64,000 nucleotides of DNA, taken from Nitrospirota bacterium. GTDB lineage: Bacteria > Nitrospirota > JACRHJ01. The position numbers and the translations under genes were made by a program. Location of the stretch: positions 6,597-70,596 of the forward strand of contig JBARKJ010000073.1 of NCBI GenBank assembly GCA_049801375.1, written 5' to 3'. Below the pieces are notes generated by a model. The model was not told the DNA's origin. It worked only from the letters and a program-made list of their open reading frames with translations, and ran no database searches. Of this stretch, positions 22,431 through 32,905 are shown piece by piece; within the stretch, counting starts at the first letter, position 1, and every line of letters begins with the position of its first letter.

Positions 22431-24230
22431 TTAATTTTTTACTTTCAACACCGCCAGGAATGCCTCCTGCGGCACTTCCACAGACCCAAGCTGCTTCATC
22501 TTCTTCTTGCCTTCCTTCTGCTTCTCGAGTAGTTTTCTCTTCCTGGTGATGTCGCCGCCGTAGCACTTCGCGATTACGTCTTTCCGGAGCGGGCGGACGG
22601 TCTCCCTGGCGATTACCTTAGCCCCGATTGCCGCCTGTATCGCCACCTCGAACATCTGCCGGGGTATCAACTCTTTTAGCTTGACGGCTAACTCACGGCC
22701 TCTGATTTCCGCCTTGTCGCGGTGCGTTATGAGAGAGAGAGCGTCAACGCCTTCGCCGTTCAGCAAAATATCCAGTTTAACCAGATTGGATGCCCTGTAC
22801 CCTATGAAGTCGTAATCCAGCGAGGCATAGCCCCGGCTGACGGATTTCAGCTTGTCGTAGAAGTCCAGGACTATCTCGTTAAGGGGCAGTTCATAAGTTA
22901 TCATGGAACGGTCGCGGTCCAGATAGTTCAGGTCTTTCTGAATTCCCCTTCTCTCCTGGCATAGCGAAAGGATGGAGCCGATGTATTCGTTAGGCACCAT
23001 TATGGTAGCCAGTATAAAAGGCTCCTCCATCTTCTCTATCTTCTGCAGGTCCGGGAGCTTCGACGGGTTGTCCACCATGACCACTTCCCCGCCCGTTTTG
23101 GTAATCCGATAGACGACTGTGGGGGCGGTGGAGAGAAGAGACAGCCCGAACTCGCGCTCCAAGCGCTCCTGGATTATCTCCATGTGCAGGAGCCCCAGGA
23201 ACCCGCAGCGGAAGCCGAAACCGAGCGCGAGAGAGGTCTCCGGCTCATACGAGAAGGACGAGTCATTCAGCCGGAGCTTTTCCAGGGAGTCCCGGAGGTC
23301 TTCGTATTGCTGGGTATCCGTGGGATAAAGCCCGCAGAATACCATAGCTTTAACCTCCCGGTATCCCGGTAAAGGCTCCGGGGCCGGGTTGTCCGCGCCG
23401 GTGATGGTATCTCCAATTTTAGAGTCCTGAACCCTCTTTATCCCGGCGATGATATATCCTACGTCGCCTGCGGTCAACTGCTCCGTCTTTATAAGTTTGG
23501 GCGTGGAATATCCAACCTCCATCACCTCAAATACTATATTATTCGAGAAGAGCTTAATCTTCATCCCTTTGTAGACCCGGCCGTCCACTACCCGGACCAG
23601 CACCACTACGCCCTGATAGGTATCGAACCAGGAGTCGAATATAAGCGCCGTGAGCGGCTTGTCAGGGTCGCCCTCCGGGGGGCTTATCGTATTCACTACC
23701 GCTTCGAGCGTCTCCCGTATCCCGATACCTTCCTTGGCGCTAACAGGGATTGCCTGGGACGCGTCCAGGCCTATCACCTCTTCTATCTCGGTCCGGACCC
23801 TCTCTATATCGGCGCTCGGCAGGTCTATTTTGTTTATGACAGGGATTATCTCAAGGTCGTTATCAATCGCCAGGTAGGCGTTTGCCAGCGTCTGCGCCTC
23901 CACGCCCTGAGAGGCGTCCACCACCAGGAGTACACCTTCGCACGCGGCGAGGCTCCTGGATACTTCGTAGGTAAAATCGACGTGACCGGGGGTATCGATT
24001 AAGTTCAGGACGTAGCTCCGTCCATCAGCGGCAACGAAATTTATCCTGACGGCGTGGGATTTTATGGTTATCCCGCGCTCACGCTCCAGCGGCATGTCGT
24101 CCAGAACCTGATCCGACATCTCACGGGCGCTAAGCGCTCCGGTCAACTCGAGTATCCTGTCCGCCAGCGTCGACTTGCCGTGGTCTATATGGGCTATTAT
24201 GCTGAAATTTCTTATGTTTTTGATTTGCAT
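22431..24230 (-). CDS. lepA: Elongation factor 4 (LepA).
   Basis: 599 aa. GTPase G-motifs (AHIDHGKST) and LepA-specific C-terminal domain. Confidence 0.95.
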   Translation of the reverse strand: MQIKNIRNFSIIAHIDHGKSTLADRILELTGALSAREMSDQVLDDMPLERERGITIKSHAVRINFVAADGRSYVLNLIDTPGHVDFTYEVSRSLAACEGVLLVVDASQGVEAQTLANAYLAIDNDLEIIPVINKIDLPSADIERVRTEIEEVIGLDASQAIPVSAKEGIGIRETLEAVVNTISPPEGDPDKPLTALIFDSWFDTYQGVVVLVRVVDGRVYKGMKIKLFSNNIVFEVMEVGYSTPKLIKTEQLTAGDVGYIIAGIKRVQDSKIGDTITGADNPAPEPLPGYREVKAMVFCGLYPTDTQQYEDLRDSLEKLRLNDSSFSYEPETSLALGFGFRCGFLGLLHMEIIQERLEREFGLSLLSTAPTVVYRITKTGGEVVMVDNPSKLPDLQKIEKMEEPFILATIMVPNEYIGSILSLCQERRGIQKDLNYLDRDRSMITYELPLNEIVLDFYDKLKSVSRGYASLDYDFIGYRASNLVKLDILLNGEGVDALSLITHRDKAEIRGRELAVKLKELIPRQMFEVAIQAAIGAKVIARETVRPLRKDVIAKCYGGDITRKRKLLEKQKEGKKKMKQLGSVEVPQEAFLAVLKVKN

Positions 24231-24310
24231 TGCGAAACATTGATTTTATATTGAATTTGTTTTAAAGTCAAAGAGTTTTAAATGGAAACCGTAAAAAGGA
24301 GGGAGAATAC

Positions 24311-25270
24311 TTAACTCTTCGTTTTCAGGGCCAGCCCCGCCGCGCCAAGGATACCGGCGTCGTCTTTCAACTTGCCCCGGACTAGTTTGCACCTCTTGGC
24401 CGGTATTTTGAACGCCCTTGTCCTGATTTCCTCTTTTAACGGACCGATGAAAAGGTCCCATGCTCCGGCCATGCCGCCCCCGATGACTACGCACTCAATG
24501 TTAAGCAAATTAATCAAATCGGCAATGGCAATGCCTAAATATTTCCCTACATCGGAATATATCCTGCCTGCAACCTTATCTCCTTTTTTTGCCGCATCCG
24601 CTACCGCTTCCGCGTTCATCAGTCCGGCTTTTTTCAGGTCTTTTAAAGCTGTGTTGACCCCCCTTGCTACCGCCGCGTCAGCCATCTCTATTACCGCGGT
24701 GGCGGAAGAGTACCTTTCCAGGCACCCTCGGTTCCCGCACGGGCAGAGCGGCCCATCCGGGTTCACCGTAATATGTCCGACTTCCCCCGCCATGCCGTCC
24801 GCGCCGCGCCATATCTCCCCGCCCAGTATTATACCTCCGCCCACACCCGTGCCTAGCGTAATGCAGACCATGCAGGAGGTCCCTTTTCCGGCGCCGAACC
24901 AATATTCGCCCAGGGCATAAGCGTTGGCATCGTTTTCCACGTGGACCGGATATGAGAAACTCTCCTGAAGCCGTGAGCGGAGCGGGGTATCCTTCCAGCC
25001 CGGCAGATTCGGAGATAACCGCACTATGCCGTCCTTAGTCGAAATTATCCCGGGAACGCCGATGCCTATACCGGCTATTTCCATCCCACCGGTTTGAGCT
25101 TTTCTTACGAGAGTCTGTATGCCGCTCGTCAGCCGCTCCAGAACAATTTCCGGTCCTTCGGCTGCCATGGTCCCGGTGCGCCGGCGTGCAATTATTTTTT
25201 CGTCCTCGTGTACCAGTCCGAACCGCAGGTTAGTCCCGCCGAGGTCAACTCCTATAGCGGTTTTTTGCAA
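24311..25270 (-). CDS. ROK-family sugar kinase (glucokinase-like).
   Basis: DLGGTNLRFGLV N-terminus. ROK zinc motif CPCGNRGCLE. Confidence 0.8.
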   Translation of the reverse strand: MQKTAIGVDLGGTNLRFGLVHEDEKIIARRRTGTMAAEGPEIVLERLTSGIQTLVRKAQTGGMEIAGIGIGVPGIISTKDGIVRLSPNLPGWKDTPLRSRLQESFSYPVHVENDANAYALGEYWFGAGKGTSCMVCITLGTGVGGGIILGGEIWRGADGMAGEVGHITVNPDGPLCPCGNRGCLERYSSATAVIEMADAAVARGVNTALKDLKKAGLMNAEAVADAAKKGDKVAGRIYSDVGKYLGIAIADLINLLNIECVVIGGGMAGAWDLFIGPLKEEIRTRAFKIPAKRCKLVRGKLKDDAGILGAAGLALKTKS

Positions 25271-25433
25271 CGGAAGCCCTCCTAATAGTCATTCATAGAT
25301 AAAATAATAGTTCCCCCCGATACTTTTGTCCATAATAAAACTTTCGCGTTACTATTGTGCGCCATAAATGATAGAATGTCTCAACCTCCGGTGCAAGACT
25401 CGAAATTATTAAAGAAAAATTAGTTTATTATTC

Positions 25434-25462
25434 TTGAATTTTTTTAAAATCCGTGTTAATAT
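25434..25462 (+). promoter_or_regulatory. Predicted sigma70-type promoter for the fur-hfqL-hfqL-lnt transcription unit.
   Basis: TTGAAT, a 17-nt spacer, then TAATAT, read directly from the sequence. This places the transcription start downstream of the first in-frame ATG (25463). Confidence 0.45.
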
Positions 25463-25498
25463 TTGTTCCGTATGCATTTATCTAATAATAAAAATGGG

Positions 25499-25909
25499 AT
25501 GCCTGCCATGAAAAACGAAAACGGAATTAAGTACAGGATGACGAAACAAAAGCGAGTTATCCTCGAAGTGCTTAAGAATACTAAGTCTCATCCCACCGCT
25601 GATTGGGTTTACGACAAGGTCAAGAAAAAGATTCCAAACATCAGCCTCGGCACGGTATACAGAAATCTTAACATATTAAAAAACCAGGGCGAGATACTCG
25701 AACTGTCCTACGGCAAAGGCTTCAGCCGTTTCGACGGCAACTCTTCCAAGCATTATCATTTCACCTGTGAGCACTGCGGCAGGATATTAGACGTCGAAAC
25801 GCCACAATTTCCCGAAATCGAGCAGGAAGTTACCAGGCACATGGGCGTCAAGGTGGCGCGGCACCGTCTTGAATTCTACGGGTCCTGCCCGGACTGCATT
25901 ACCGACTGA
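25499..25909 (+). CDS. Fur-family metalloregulator (Fur/Zur/PerR type; subfamily not resolved).
   Basis: Winged-helix N-terminus (RMTKQKRVILEVL). HYHF and two CxxC pairs (CEHC, CPDC) for structural Zn. The start at 25499 or 25508 is preferred over 25463 because of the promoter position. Confidence 0.8.
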   Translation: MPAMKNENGIKYRMTKQKRVILEVLKNTKSHPTADWVYDKVKKKIPNISLGTVYRNLNILKNQGEILELSYGKGFSRFDGNSSKHYHFTCEHCGRILDVETPQFPEIEQEVTRHMGVKVARHRLEFYGSCPDCITD

Positions 25910-25929
25910 CCCCAACCTTACGGCACCGA

Positions 25930-26418
25930 ATGACCCAGGCACTCAAGCTTGAAGAATCTTTTTTTAAAATAGCTGTCGAAGAGGCTGTCGCCCTGAGGCT
26001 CACTCTCGCAAACCGCGAAAAGCTGACAGGCATAGTAAAAGCGGCGGGAAAATACGATTTAAATATCGAATCGGAAGGGTGCGTCATTGCGCTCATGAAA
26101 AAAGAAGTTTTTCAGGTCCTCCCCTTCAAAAACCTCATCGATGAATCTTTTTTCCAGCCTCAAACTGAGGAAGAGCCGCTCTCCCATAAATCACGGGTGC
26201 AGGACGAATTCCTGGGCCGTTACGTGAAGGAGCGGACGCTCGCGCTTTTGCGTCTCGTCAACGGCGAGGAGATACGGGGAGTTATAGAAGGGTACGACGG
26301 CTTCACGATAGCCATAAGGACGGGCAGGGGCCAGGCTCTTCTATACAAGCACGGGCTCTGCAACATCAGTCCCGGTTACAGGCGTCGCCAGAGGGAAAAT
26401 GAACACCAGCCCATTTGA
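25930..26418 (+). CDS. Hfq-like (Sm-fold) protein with an N-terminal extension.
   Basis: The C-terminal half RYVKERTLALLRLVNGEEIRGVIEGYDGFTIAIRTGRGQALLYKHGLCNISP aligns with Hfq Sm1/Sm2, including the YKH signature. Confidence 0.6.
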   Translation: MTQALKLEESFFKIAVEEAVALRLTLANREKLTGIVKAAGKYDLNIESEGCVIALMKKEVFQVLPFKNLIDESFFQPQTEEEPLSHKSRVQDEFLGRYVKERTLALLRLVNGEEIRGVIEGYDGFTIAIRTGRGQALLYKHGLCNISPGYRRRQRENEHQPI

Positions 26419-26809
26419 TGAAGCGTTGGAAGAGTTTTATTCCAAAGGTGCGGAAGCCGCTATTACCTTAAAAGACGGCTCCGAGCTGAAGGGCAGAATA
26501 AAGAAATACGACGGCTATGTCATATTTCTGGACAACGGGGCCGAAATGATGGTCTACCGCCATTCTATACTTAAGCTCTCCGAAGCCGTGGCGAAGGAGC
26601 AGCGGGCGGAGAAGCCCCAGGCGCGCCCCAGACAGGACACCCGCACGGCTCCTGCGCGAATGCCACAGAAGACGACTGACCAAAAGAAAAGGCCGCCCAG
26701 GAAAGAGCCCCTACAGGCCATTTCCCATAAGGAGCCGGAGCCAGGCTCTGTATCCCGGATGGGAGAAGAGCTCCTGAAGTGGCTGAAGAACCAGAAGGGC
26801 AATGAGTAA
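26399..26809 (+). CDS. Hfq-like (Sm-fold) protein with a long basic Pro/Arg/Lys-rich C-terminal tail.
   Basis: AITLKDGSELKGRIKKYDGYVIFLDNGAEMMVYRHSILKLS resembles the Hfq core. Overlaps the previous ORF by 20 nt and the lnt start by 8 nt. Confidence 0.6.
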   Translation: MNTSPFDEALEEFYSKGAEAAITLKDGSELKGRIKKYDGYVIFLDNGAEMMVYRHSILKLSEAVAKEQRAEKPQARPRQDTRTAPARMPQKTTDQKKRPPRKEPLQAISHKEPEPGSVSRMGEELLKWLKNQKGNE

Positions 26810-28331
26810 CATTTCTTTGTTTTTTCTCCCCTTGCTCTCAGGAATACTCCTCGCGCTCTCTTTTCCCGAGGCGGACATATCAGTCCTTGCCTGGGTCGCG
26901 CTGATACCGCTTCTTTATTCCATCAGGGACAAATCACCCCGGCAATCTTTTAAAGAAGGTTTCGTCGCCGGGATAGCCTTTTACGCGCTCTCCCTGAGAT
27001 GGGTTTTAATCGTCATGCGGAGTTATGGCGGCATAGGCTTCTTTTCGAGTTTTTTCCTGCTGCTCGCTCTCTCGGCGTACCTCGCCCTTTACATCGGCGC
27101 GTTCGCCTGGCTTTATGTCAAGGCGCGGGAACATGCGGGGACGGCCTCGGTGCTTCTCGCCCCCGCATTCTGGGTGGCCCTGGAGATGCTCCGGAATTAC
27201 CTTCTCTCCGGCTTTCCGTGGAACCTACTGGGATATTCGCAGCACCAGAACCTGCCGCTGATACAAATTGCGGATATTGCCGGAGTTTACGGCGTCTCAG
27301 CTTTAATCGTCATGACAAATGCGGCGATCTCCGAGTTTATCGCGGTAATGTCTTACAGGGAATATGCGGACTACCGGAAGATAGTCTGGCCTGTCGCGGC
27401 CGTGGCGGTAATGGCCGCTTCCGCCGTCTACGGTCATTACCGTCTGGCGAACCTCCCGCGCCCGTATGATTCCATGAAAGTAACCGTCGTGCAGGGGGAT
27501 ATAGACCAGTTCCGTAAATGGGACCCGGCGTTTCAGAGCGAGGTGTTCGATGTTTATAAAAAGTTAACCTCCGAAGCCGCGGTACAGAAGCCGGACCTTA
27601 TAATCTGGCCGGAAACCGCCACTCCTTTTTATTTTCAGGACAGGATTCTGGGCGAGGAACTTTCCGATTCAGTTAAAAAGGCAAATACCTGGCTTCTGAC
27701 CGGGAGTCCTTCCATCGAGGACCACGGCAGCGATTCCGTCGAGTACAACAGCGCATATCTAATTAATCCCTCCGGAATAGAGACAGACCGCTACGACAAG
27801 ATGCACTTGGTCCCGTTCGGGGAATACGTGCCGCTTAAGACCCTCCTGCCGTTTGTAAGCAAGATGGTCCACGGCATCGGCGATTTCGGCAAGGGCCGCG
27901 ACTATACCGTCATGCGTATGAGCAAAGGCTCTTTCGGCACCGCGATATGTTTCGAAGTTATATTCCCGGAACTCGTGCGGCAATTCGTGTTGGGGGGTGC
28001 GAATTTCCTGACCAGCATAACCAACGATGCATGGTTCGGAAATTCCGGAGCCCCGTATCAGCACTTCGATATGTCGGTGTTCCGGGCGGTGGAGAACCGG
28101 AGGGCGATGGTGCGCGCGGCCAATACGGGCATATCAGGTGTAATCCTCCCGTCGGGCGAAGTGATTGCTACGACGAGTATTTTCAAGCGGGACACAATGA
28201 CGGCGGAAGTGCCTTTGATGGAAGAAAAAACCTTCTACACCCTGTACGGGGACATATTCGGGTACTTCTGTTCTTTAATTACGACATGTTTTATTGCTAT
28301 AATTTTATACAGGAGGTTCTTAAAGAGATGA
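26802..28331 (+). CDS. lnt: Apolipoprotein N-acyltransferase.
   Basis: 509 aa. N-terminal multi-TM region plus a CN-hydrolase domain. The stop overlaps the prfB start. Confidence 0.9.
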   Translation: MSNISLFFLPLLSGILLALSFPEADISVLAWVALIPLLYSIRDKSPRQSFKEGFVAGIAFYALSLRWVLIVMRSYGGIGFFSSFFLLLALSAYLALYIGAFAWLYVKAREHAGTASVLLAPAFWVALEMLRNYLLSGFPWNLLGYSQHQNLPLIQIADIAGVYGVSALIVMTNAAISEFIAVMSYREYADYRKIVWPVAAVAVMAASAVYGHYRLANLPRPYDSMKVTVVQGDIDQFRKWDPAFQSEVFDVYKKLTSEAAVQKPDLIIWPETATPFYFQDRILGEELSDSVKKANTWLLTGSPSIEDHGSDSVEYNSAYLINPSGIETDRYDKMHLVPFGEYVPLKTLLPFVSKMVHGIGDFGKGRDYTVMRMSKGSFGTAICFEVIFPELVRQFVLGGANFLTSITNDAWFGNSGAPYQHFDMSVFRAVENRRAMVRAANTGISGVILPSGEVIATTSIFKRDTMTAEVPLMEEKTFYTLYGDIFGYFCSLITTCFIAIILYRRFLKR

Positions 28332-29459
28332 TAACAATGGAAGAAGTACAGCGGGAGCTCTCAAGCCTGCGGGATAGGGTTTCGGCCCTGAGGAGGCATC
28401 TTTGACATACCCGCCAGGGAGAAGCGCGTCCAGGAGATAAACGGTCTGATGGAGGCCCAGGAATTCTGGGAGAACGCGGAAGCCGCGCAGTCGCTCATGA
28501 AAGAGAAAACCGGCCTTCAGAGCGCCATCTCGTCCTGGGAGTCTTTAAGCAAGGCATCTGAAGACCTGGACGTGTTGCTGGAACTCGCCTCGGAAGAGGG
28601 CGGCGAGGAGCTTACGCTGGACATAGACGCGGCGATAAAAAAACTTGCCCATGATATAGACTCGGCTGAGCTGGAGCTGATGCTCTCTGGCGAGAACGAC
28701 AGGCTTAACGCCATCCTTACCGTCCACCCGGGTGCTGGCGGGACGGAATCCCAGGACTGGGCGGAGATGCTGCTCCGGATGTACCTTAGGTGGTGCGAGC
28801 GCAGGGGCTTCAAAACTGAGATAATAGACTACCTCCCCGGCGAAGAGGCTGGCGTGAAGAGCGTCACGTTCGAGGTCACGGGCGAGAACGCCTACGGATA
28901 TTTAAAGGCGGAGGCCGGCGTTCACAGGCTGGTAAGAATATCGCCTTTCGACTCCAACAAAAGAAGGCACACGAGCTTCGCGTCCGTATTCGTCTATCCG
29001 GAGGTCGAGGACGACGTTAAAATAGAGATCGACGAGAAAGACTTGCGGATAGACACCTACCGGGCTTCAGGCGCGGGGGGCCAGCACGTCAACAAGACCT
29101 CCTCCGCCATACGGATTACACACATACCGACAAATATCGTCGTGCAGTGTCAGGATGAGCGCTCGCAGTTCAAAAACAAGGACAAGGCATTCAAGGTCCT
29201 GCGCTCGCGTCTCTACGACCTGGAGGTGAAGAAGAAGGAAGCGGAGCGAGACAAGATGAACAGCACGAAAAAGGACATCGCCTGGGGAAGCCAGATACGC
29301 TCCTACGTCTTCATGCCCTACCAGATGGTTAAGGACCACCGGACCGGCCATGAGGTCGGGAATATAAGCGCAGTCATGGACGGCGACTTAGACGGCTTCA
29401 TCGAGGCCTATCTCCTCGGCAAGCGCGCGCAGCCGGGCACCGTGACAGACGACATTTAA
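28328..29459 (+). CDS. prfB: Peptide chain release factor 2, with a programmed +1 ribosomal frameshift.
   Basis: Frame 0 runs 28328..28405 and encodes MITMEEVQRELSSLRDRVSALRRHL, then a TGA stop. It ends at the classic site AGGAGG CAT CTT TGA C. The +1 frame continues as DIPAREKRVQEINGLMEAQEFW... through the RF2 body (SPFDSNKRRHTSFASV, GGQHVNKT) to 29459. Confidence 0.9.
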
Positions 29460-30097
29460 TGGAAATAAACGAACTACTCCGGCATTACAAGGGTCGCAGG
29501 AATGAAATCCGCGCCCGCCTCGCCGAGTTCAAGGAAACATGGCGGCAGGGAGACCTCGCGATATTCAAGGAACTTTGCTTCTGCATCCTTACCGCCAATA
29601 CATCCGCCAGGATGGGCATCAACTGCATCGAGGCTGCTGGCGACGATATACTGACCGCCGATGTTGAGGGCATAAGGAATATCCTCTGCGGCCGCTACCG
29701 CTTCTGGAAAATCCGCCCGAACTATATCGTCCATACGCGAACTTATCTTCAACAGGAATGCGCCCTCAAAATAAAAAAGAAAATCGAGTCGCTGGCCGAC
29801 TTCCACCAGCGCCGCGATTTCTTCGCGGACAATCCCGGCATCAAAGGCCTGGGTTACAAGGAGGCGAGCCATTTCCTCCGCAACATCGGATTTGAAGGCT
29901 ATGCCATTCTGGACATCCACGTCGTCCGCCTGCTGCACGAGCTGGGCATACTCCCGGAGGCGAAACGTCCGGCGAACCGCAAGCAATATGTCTTCATGGA
30001 AGAGAAGATGCGCGATTTCTCCAAAGATATAAAAATCGGAATGGACGAACTGGACCTTGCGCTGTGGAGTTACCGGACGGGGGAGATACTGAAATAA
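29459..30097 (+). CDS. Archaeal-type 8-oxoguanine DNA glycosylase / AP lyase (Ogg2, COG1059).
   Basis: 212 aa. HhH-GPD motif GIKGLGYKEASHFLRNIG with the catalytic Lys, and Asp in AILDIHVVRL. Confidence 0.7.
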   Translation: MEINELLRHYKGRRNEIRARLAEFKETWRQGDLAIFKELCFCILTANTSARMGINCIEAAGDDILTADVEGIRNILCGRYRFWKIRPNYIVHTRTYLQQECALKIKKKIESLADFHQRRDFFADNPGIKGLGYKEASHFLRNIGFEGYAILDIHVVRLLHELGILPEAKRPANRKQYVFMEEKMRDFSKDIKIGMDELDLALWSYRTGEILK

Positions 30098-30176
30098 CTT
30101 CTCCTTTATTCCCTTGACCTGCCCATAATTTCTTTCTATAATTCCAACACTTTATAAATTCATGAAAGGACTCGTA

Positions 30177-31661
30177 ATGTTAGAAGATAACGAACTGATA
30201 CAGGTGCGCCGAAAGAAGCTCGAAGACTTACGCGCAATGGGGATAAACCCTTACGGACAGCGGTATGAGGTAAAGGACCACGCGAAGGAACTGCACGATA
30301 AATACGGGCCGACATCCAAGGAAGAACTGGAAAACAATAAAGTCCAGGTAACGGCGGCGGGACGACTCGTGGCCTTCCGGAGCTTCGGCAAAGCCGCATT
30401 TGCGCATGTACAGGACGTAAGCGGCAGGATACAGATTTACATGAAGCGCGACATGCTTGGAGAGGAGCAGTTCAAGCTTCTAAATCTGCTTGATATAGGC
30501 GACCATATCGGTATAGAGGGTTTCTTGTTCCGCACGAAGACGGACGAGCTGACGATAGAGGTGGAGAAGCTGACGCTCCTGTCCAAGTCCCTCCGCCCCC
30601 TGCCAGAGAAATGGCATGGCCTCACGGACATCGAGACCCGCTATCGCCAGAGGTACGTGGACTTGATCGTGAACCCGGAGGTCCGCGATACCTTTGTCAC
30701 GCGCAATAAAATGATAAAGGCCATCCGCGCATTCCTGGAAGAAAAGGGATTCCTGGAAGTCGAGACGCCCATGATGCAGCAGATCCCCGGCGGAGCCACT
30801 GCAAGGCCGTTTATCACGCACCATAATGCCCTGGACATGGACCTCTACCTGCGCATCGCGCCGGAGCTGTATTTAAAGCGCCTTATCGTCGGCGGGTTCG
30901 AAAGGGTTTATGAACTGAACAGGAACTTCCGGAACGAGGGCATCTCCATCAAACACAACCCCGAGTTCACGATGATGGAGTTCTATATGGCGTATGCGGA
31001 CTACCACGTCCTAATGGAACTGACGGAGGAGCTCTTCTCGCGCATAGCGATGGATGTGAAGGGCTCTCTTAAAATTGCGTACCAGGGGGACGAAGTGGAT
31101 TTAACCCCTCCCTGGCCGAGGATGAGCATGGAGAAAGCGATTGTACACTTCGCCGGCGCCGGCGATGATGATTTAAACGACCTGGAGCGTGCGCGGGCGT
31201 TCGCGAAAAAGAATAACGTGCCGCTTGAAGACGGACTTTCCCTGGCGAAGGTGATCAACGAGATATTCGAGAAGACCACCGAATTTAAGATACTAAACCC
31301 TGTGTTTATCACCGACTATCCCGTTGAACTTTCGCCGCTCTCGCGCAGGAACGACCAGAATCCGGAACTGGTCGACCGTTTCGAGCTGATAGTCGCCGGG
31401 AGAGAGATGGCAAACGCATTCTCAGAGCTCAACGACCCGCAGGACCAGCTCTCGCGCTTTCAGGACCAGGTAGCCCAGCGCGAGAAGGGCGACCAGGAGG
31501 CGCAGTTCATGGACGAGGACTATGTCCGTGCGCTGGAATACGGCATGCCGCCGACTGCCGGAGAGGGCATAGGCATCGACCGTCTTGTGATGCTGATGAC
31601 GGACTCCCCGTCCATCCGCGACGTAATCCTTTTCCCGCAGCTTCGCAAGGAGCAGAGGTAG
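30177..31661 (+). CDS. lysS: Lysyl-tRNA synthetase (class II).
   Basis: OB-fold anticodon-binding domain, class II motifs ([13 protein letters not shown]), C-terminal [15 protein letters not shown]. The ATG at 30177 has the SD AAAGGA; the track start at 30162 lacks an SD. Confidence 0.95.
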   Translation: MLEDNELIQVRRKKLEDLRAMGINPYGQRYEVKDHAKELHDKYGPTSKEELENNKVQVTAAGRLVAFRSFGKAAFAHVQDVSGRIQIYMKRDMLGEEQFKLLNLLDIGDHIGIEGFLFRTKTDELTIEVEKLTLLSKSLRPLPEKWHGLTDIETRYRQRYVDLIVNPEVRDTFVTRNKMIKAIRAFLEEKGFLEVETPMMQQIPGGATARPFITHHNALDMDLYLRIAPELYLKRLIVGGFERVYELNRNFRNEGISIKHNPEFTMMEFYMAYADYHVLMELTEELFSRIAMDVKGSLKIAYQGDEVDLTPPWPRMSMEKAIVHFAGAGDDDLNDLERARAFAKKNNVPLEDGLSLAKVINEIFEKTTEFKILNPVFITDYPVELSPLSRRNDQNPELVDRFELIVAGREMANAFSELNDPQDQLSRFQDQVAQREKGDQEAQFMDEDYVRALEYGMPPTAGEGIGIDRLVMLMTDSPSIRDVILFPQLRKEQR

Positions 31662-32887
31662 TGTCTTACTCCTCTTTTATCGCTCTTCGCTACCTTAAAG
31701 GGAGGCGCAAACACACCCCCATTTCACTCAACACCATCATATCCATCGGCGGGGTCGCGTTGGGCGTTATGGCGCTTATCGTCGTGCTCTCGGTTATGAG
31801 CGGATTCGAGAACGACCTCATGAAAAAAATACTGGGTACCAACTCCCCCATCATCGTGACTTCCTTCAACGACAAAGGAATCACGGACTATAACCAGCAG
31901 ATGAAGAAAATTCAGGAGATCCCTCACGTAGTCTCCGTCGCTCCATTTACCTACAGCGAGGTTATGCTCACCTCGCCAAGCAGTGTCTCCGGGATAATCC
32001 TGAAGGGAGTGAATCCCGCCTCAATCGCCAAAGTAACAGAGCTTTCAAAAACCATGGTAGCCGGGAGCATATCGGGGTTGAATACGGCCGGTCCCGTGCC
32101 GGGAATCCTGCTGGGGCGGGAATTGGCGGCAAATCTCGGAGTGAGCACGGGTGAGAGGGTTCGGGTGGTATCTCCTTTCGGGACGATTACGCCTCTCGGC
32201 GTTGCGCCGAAATTCCAGGAATTCGTCGTTACAGGGCTCTTCGATACCGGCATGTACGAATACGACTCCAAGCTCGCCTACATATCAATCCCGGTGGCTC
32301 AGAAATTTTTTGGCCTTGGCGATTCCGTCACGGGGTTCGAGGTGCGGATTGACGACCTTAGCCTGTCGGCGCCTCTGGCCCGCACGATACAAAACCACCT
32401 CGGATTCCCATTCCGCGCGCGGGACTGGATGCAGATGAACAGGAGCCTTTTCTCCGCGCTGAAACTGGAGAAGATAACCATGTTCGTCATACTCGTGCTA
32501 ATCATCATCGTCGCCTCGTTTAATATCGTGAGCACGCTCATAATGATAGTCATAGACAAGGCGCGGGAGATAGCGATACTTAAATCCATGGGGGCGACCC
32601 GTGCCGGGATAATGAAGATATTTATGATAAACGGCATAATTATCGGCGTTATCGGAACTCTTATCGGACTTGCGGGAGGGCTGGCTGTTTGTTTTATTAT
32701 CGAGAAAACCAACCTCATCACCCTTCCCAGCGACATCTATTATATCAGTCATTTACCGGCGCGGGTTGACCCTGTGGAATTGGTTGTCATATGCGCCTCC
32801 GCTATAATAATCAGTTTCGGGGCGACGCTTTACCCATCGTGGCAGGCGGCGAAGCTCGACCCGCTCGAAGCTCTCAGGTACGAATAA
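31661..32887 (+). CDS. lolC: Lipoprotein-releasing system permease (LolC/E, FtsX family).
   Basis: 408 aa. MacB-like periplasmic domain between TM1 and TM2, C-terminal FtsX helices. Confidence 0.85.
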   Translation: MSYSSFIALRYLKGRRKHTPISLNTIISIGGVALGVMALIVVLSVMSGFENDLMKKILGTNSPIIVTSFNDKGITDYNQQMKKIQEIPHVVSVAPFTYSEVMLTSPSSVSGIILKGVNPASIAKVTELSKTMVAGSISGLNTAGPVPGILLGRELAANLGVSTGERVRVVSPFGTITPLGVAPKFQEFVVTGLFDTGMYEYDSKLAYISIPVAQKFFGLGDSVTGFEVRIDDLSLSAPLARTIQNHLGFPFRARDWMQMNRSLFSALKLEKITMFVILVLIIIVASFNIVSTLIMIVIDKAREIAILKSMGATRAGIMKIFMINGIIIGVIGTLIGLAGGLAVCFIIEKTNLITLPSDIYYISHLPARVDPVELVVICASAIIISFGATLYPSWQAAKLDPLEALRYE

Positions 32888-32905
32888 AATAAGGAGGTCC
32901 TCTCT

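Noticed and set aside
25271-25462. Fur/PerR box in the fur promoter region.
   Set aside because: Only partial matches (for example ATAAATGATAGAATGTC, TAATAATAA) to the 19-bp Fur or 15-bp PerR palindromes. Not convincing without a PWM scan.
25463-25498. First in-frame ATG as the start of the Fur-family gene.
   Set aside because: The best -10 element (TAATAT, 25457..25462) ends immediately before it, so this ATG would lie upstream of the transcript start. Downstream ATGs at 25499 or 25508 give a normal-length Fur protein.
26999-27469. 156-aa alternate-frame ORF within lnt.
   Set aside because: Same strand, different frame from a well-conserved Lnt. Arg/Pro/Gly-rich.
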